A stretch of 6,164 bases of DNA from Caedimonas varicaedens (GTDB lineage Bacteria; Pseudomonadota; Alphaproteobacteria; Caedimonadales; Caedimonadaceae): NCBI GenBank assembly GCA_001192655.1, contig BBVC01000077.1:1-6164 (forward strand). The letters run 5' to 3'. Below, in pieces: positions 4,864-6,164 of this stretch (position 1 is the first letter of the stretch; every line of letters starts with the position of its first letter). The notes beneath the pieces are model-generated. The model was not told the DNA's origin. It was given only the letters and a program-made list of their open reading frames with translations, and did no database searches. Made by a program: the position numbers and the translations under genes.

Positions 4864-5752
4864 ATGCTGCGGATTTGTAACGGTTTTAGGAGTTCCCAAT
4901 GTGGGAAAATCCACTTTAACTAATCAGTTAGTAGGCTCCAAGGTTTCTATTGTCTCACCCAAAGTTCAAACGACACGGCGACGCGTTCTGGGAATTACAA
5001 TAAAAGACGAAAGTCAGGTTATTCTTATCGATACTCCCGGTATTTTCGAGCCTAAAAAGCGCTTGGATCGAGCAATGGTTTCGGCCGCATGGGGCGCTAC
5101 GTCAGAAACTGATCTTATCCTCGTTATGGCAGATGCCAGTTATCACCGTCAGGAAAAAACCATTGATATTCTTGAGAAGTCCCTTAAAAAACCAGAAATT
5201 CCCTTATTTTTGATCATTAATAAAATTGATCTGGTTCCTCGTGACCAATTGCTTGCGCTGATTGCCCGTCTAACAGAAAAGAGGAAGATTGATCGTGTTT
5301 TTCTTGTTTCCGCTCACCGAGGAGATGGCATTCAAGATCTTTTACAAGCACTAGCGAATCAGATGCCAGAAGGCCCCTGGTTATTTCCGGAAGATCAACT
5401 AACAGATATGCCGCTGCGTTTGTTGGCTGCCGAAATCACGCGCGAGAAAATTTTTTGTTCTCTTCATCAGGAAGTCCCCTATGGCATTAATGTTGAAACA
5501 GAAGCATGGGAAGAGTTTAAAAATGGCTCGGTTAAAATTTCCCAGGTGATTCATGTACAAAAGCCAGGACAAAAAGCTATTCTTTTGGGAAAAGGGGGCC
5601 ATACCATCAAGTATATTCGCGAAACAGCAGCCCTGGATTTGGGAAAGATGCTGGAACGCCCTGTTCACCTTTTCCTTCATGTAAAAATTTCTGAAAACTG
5701 GGCTGAGCAGCGTGATCACTACACTGACCTTGGACTCGACTATAATGCCTGA
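4856..5752 (+). CDS. era: GTPase Era
   Basis: G1 GVPNVGKST, G3 DTPG, G4 NKID and a C-terminal KH domain (ILLGKGGHTIKYIRE). I prefer ATG 4856 (MPKCCGFVTVLG...), which has GAGG 5 nt upstream, over the track start at 4817. That earlier start would add 13 non-conserved residues and a 47-nt overlap with rnc. With ATG 4856 the overlap with the rnc stop is 8 nt (ATGCCTAA). Confidence 0.92.
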   Translation: MPKCCGFVTVLGVPNVGKSTLTNQLVGSKVSIVSPKVQTTRRRVLGITIKDESQVILIDTPGIFEPKKRLDRAMVSAAWGATSETDLILVMADASYHRQEKTIDILEKSLKKPEIPLFLIINKIDLVPRDQLLALIARLTEKRKIDRVFLVSAHRGDGIQDLLQALANQMPEGPWLFPEDQLTDMPLRLLAAEITREKIFCSLHQEVPYGINVETEAWEEFKNGSVKISQVIHVQKPGQKAILLGKGGHTIKYIRETAALDLGKMLERPVHLFLHVKISENWAEQRDHYTDLGLDYNA

Positions 5753-6158
5753 TTGTTTCTCTGTTGAAGCAGCTGCAAAGGATCTTATTGCAAGGCTTGT
5801 CTCAAATCTCACACCGTTTGATGATCTTGAACGTCAGCACATTCAGGAAACTCTAACGTGGATTCATCAGGGTAAGATGCCCCTTTTTCGTCTTCAAAAG
5901 CCTGATATTCCACCGAAACACCTGGTAGTATATTTTGTGGTATGGGATGAAGACGCAAAAAAAATTCTTCTTGTAGATCATAAAAAAGCCCAACTTTGGT
6001 TGCCCGCAGGGGGACATGTTGAACTTAACGAGCATCCCCGTCTGACAGTTTTACGAGAATGTCGGGAAGAGCTGGGCATTGAGGCAGATTTTTGGCACGA
6101 TGATCCGCTATTTCTGACCTCTACTCTTACAGGTGGCCTGACGCCGGGTCACATATAG
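5745..6158 (+). CDS. Nudix-family hydrolase (possibly truncated at its 3' end)
   Basis: A perfect Nudix box, GGHVELNEHPRLTVLRECREELGI, fits Gx5Ex7REUxEExGU. ATG 5745 overlaps the era stop by 8 nt (ATGCCTGA). The track start GTG 5712 is less likely. The ORF stops at TAG 6156-6158, only about 25 aa after the Nudix box and 6 nt from the window edge. Confidence 0.8.
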   Translation: MPDCFSVEAAAKDLIARLVSNLTPFDDLERQHIQETLTWIHQGKMPLFRLQKPDIPPKHLVVYFVVWDEDAKKILLVDHKKAQLWLPAGGHVELNEHPRLTVLRECREELGIEADFWHDDPLFLTSTLTGGLTPGHI

Positions 6159-6164
6159 CTAAAA

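Noticed and set aside
5712-5744. Nudix start at GTG 5712
   Set aside because: It would overlap era by 41 nt with no SD. ATG 5745 forms the same 8-nt overlap geometry seen at rnc/era. This is not proven, so the start remains moderately uncertain.
5399-6035. ORFs 5399..5812 (-) and 5853..6035 (-)
   Set aside because: They are antisense to era and the Nudix gene, both of which have unambiguous family motifs. They are shadow ORFs.
1-6164. tRNA, rRNA, tmRNA or riboswitch genes
   Set aside because: I looked in the non-coding stretches (478-510, 2176-2696, 3219-3367) for cloverleaf-type T-arm or anticodon-arm signatures and conserved rRNA blocks, and saw none. By-eye detection is weak, so running cmscan or tRNAscan is advisable.

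Overview
The window joins an AT-rich accessory segment (about 1-3360) to a housekeeping operon (3368-6158). The operon is lepB (signal peptidase I), rnc (RNase III), era (GTPase Era) and a Nudix hydrolase. All four are on the + strand and tightly packed, and the last two junctions are 8-nt start/stop overlaps. The LepB and Era N-terminal motifs (NIPSGSMKP..GD..FVSK..YGY; CGFV..G.PNVGKST) look alphaproteobacterial to me. This is inference only.

The accessory segment contains, in order:
- the 3' part of a class-3-lipase-like alpha/beta hydrolase (GHSRG elbow), which runs off the left edge;
- two decayed insertion-sequence relics of different families: an IS200/IS605 tnpA relic on the - strand and an IS6-family transposase N-terminal relic on the + strand;
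- a 349-aa ORF with a clear eukaryotic-type F-box motif followed by about 260 aa I cannot assign to any family;
- a roughly 520-bp non-coding gap holding a perfect 14-bp hairpin and an (AATCTTT)x6 heptanucleotide tandem repeat;
- an orphan 173-aa probably exported protein, transcribed divergently from lepB.

A eukaryote-like F-box protein, a lipase-like protein and IS debris beside core genes are typical of amoeba-associated or intracellular bacteria. The most interesting object is the F-box protein: its C-terminal region is unassigned and its 5' end appears to be built on the IS6 relic. I found no rRNA, tRNA or CRISPR array. All family assignments come from motif recognition by eye and need HMM or BLAST confirmation.
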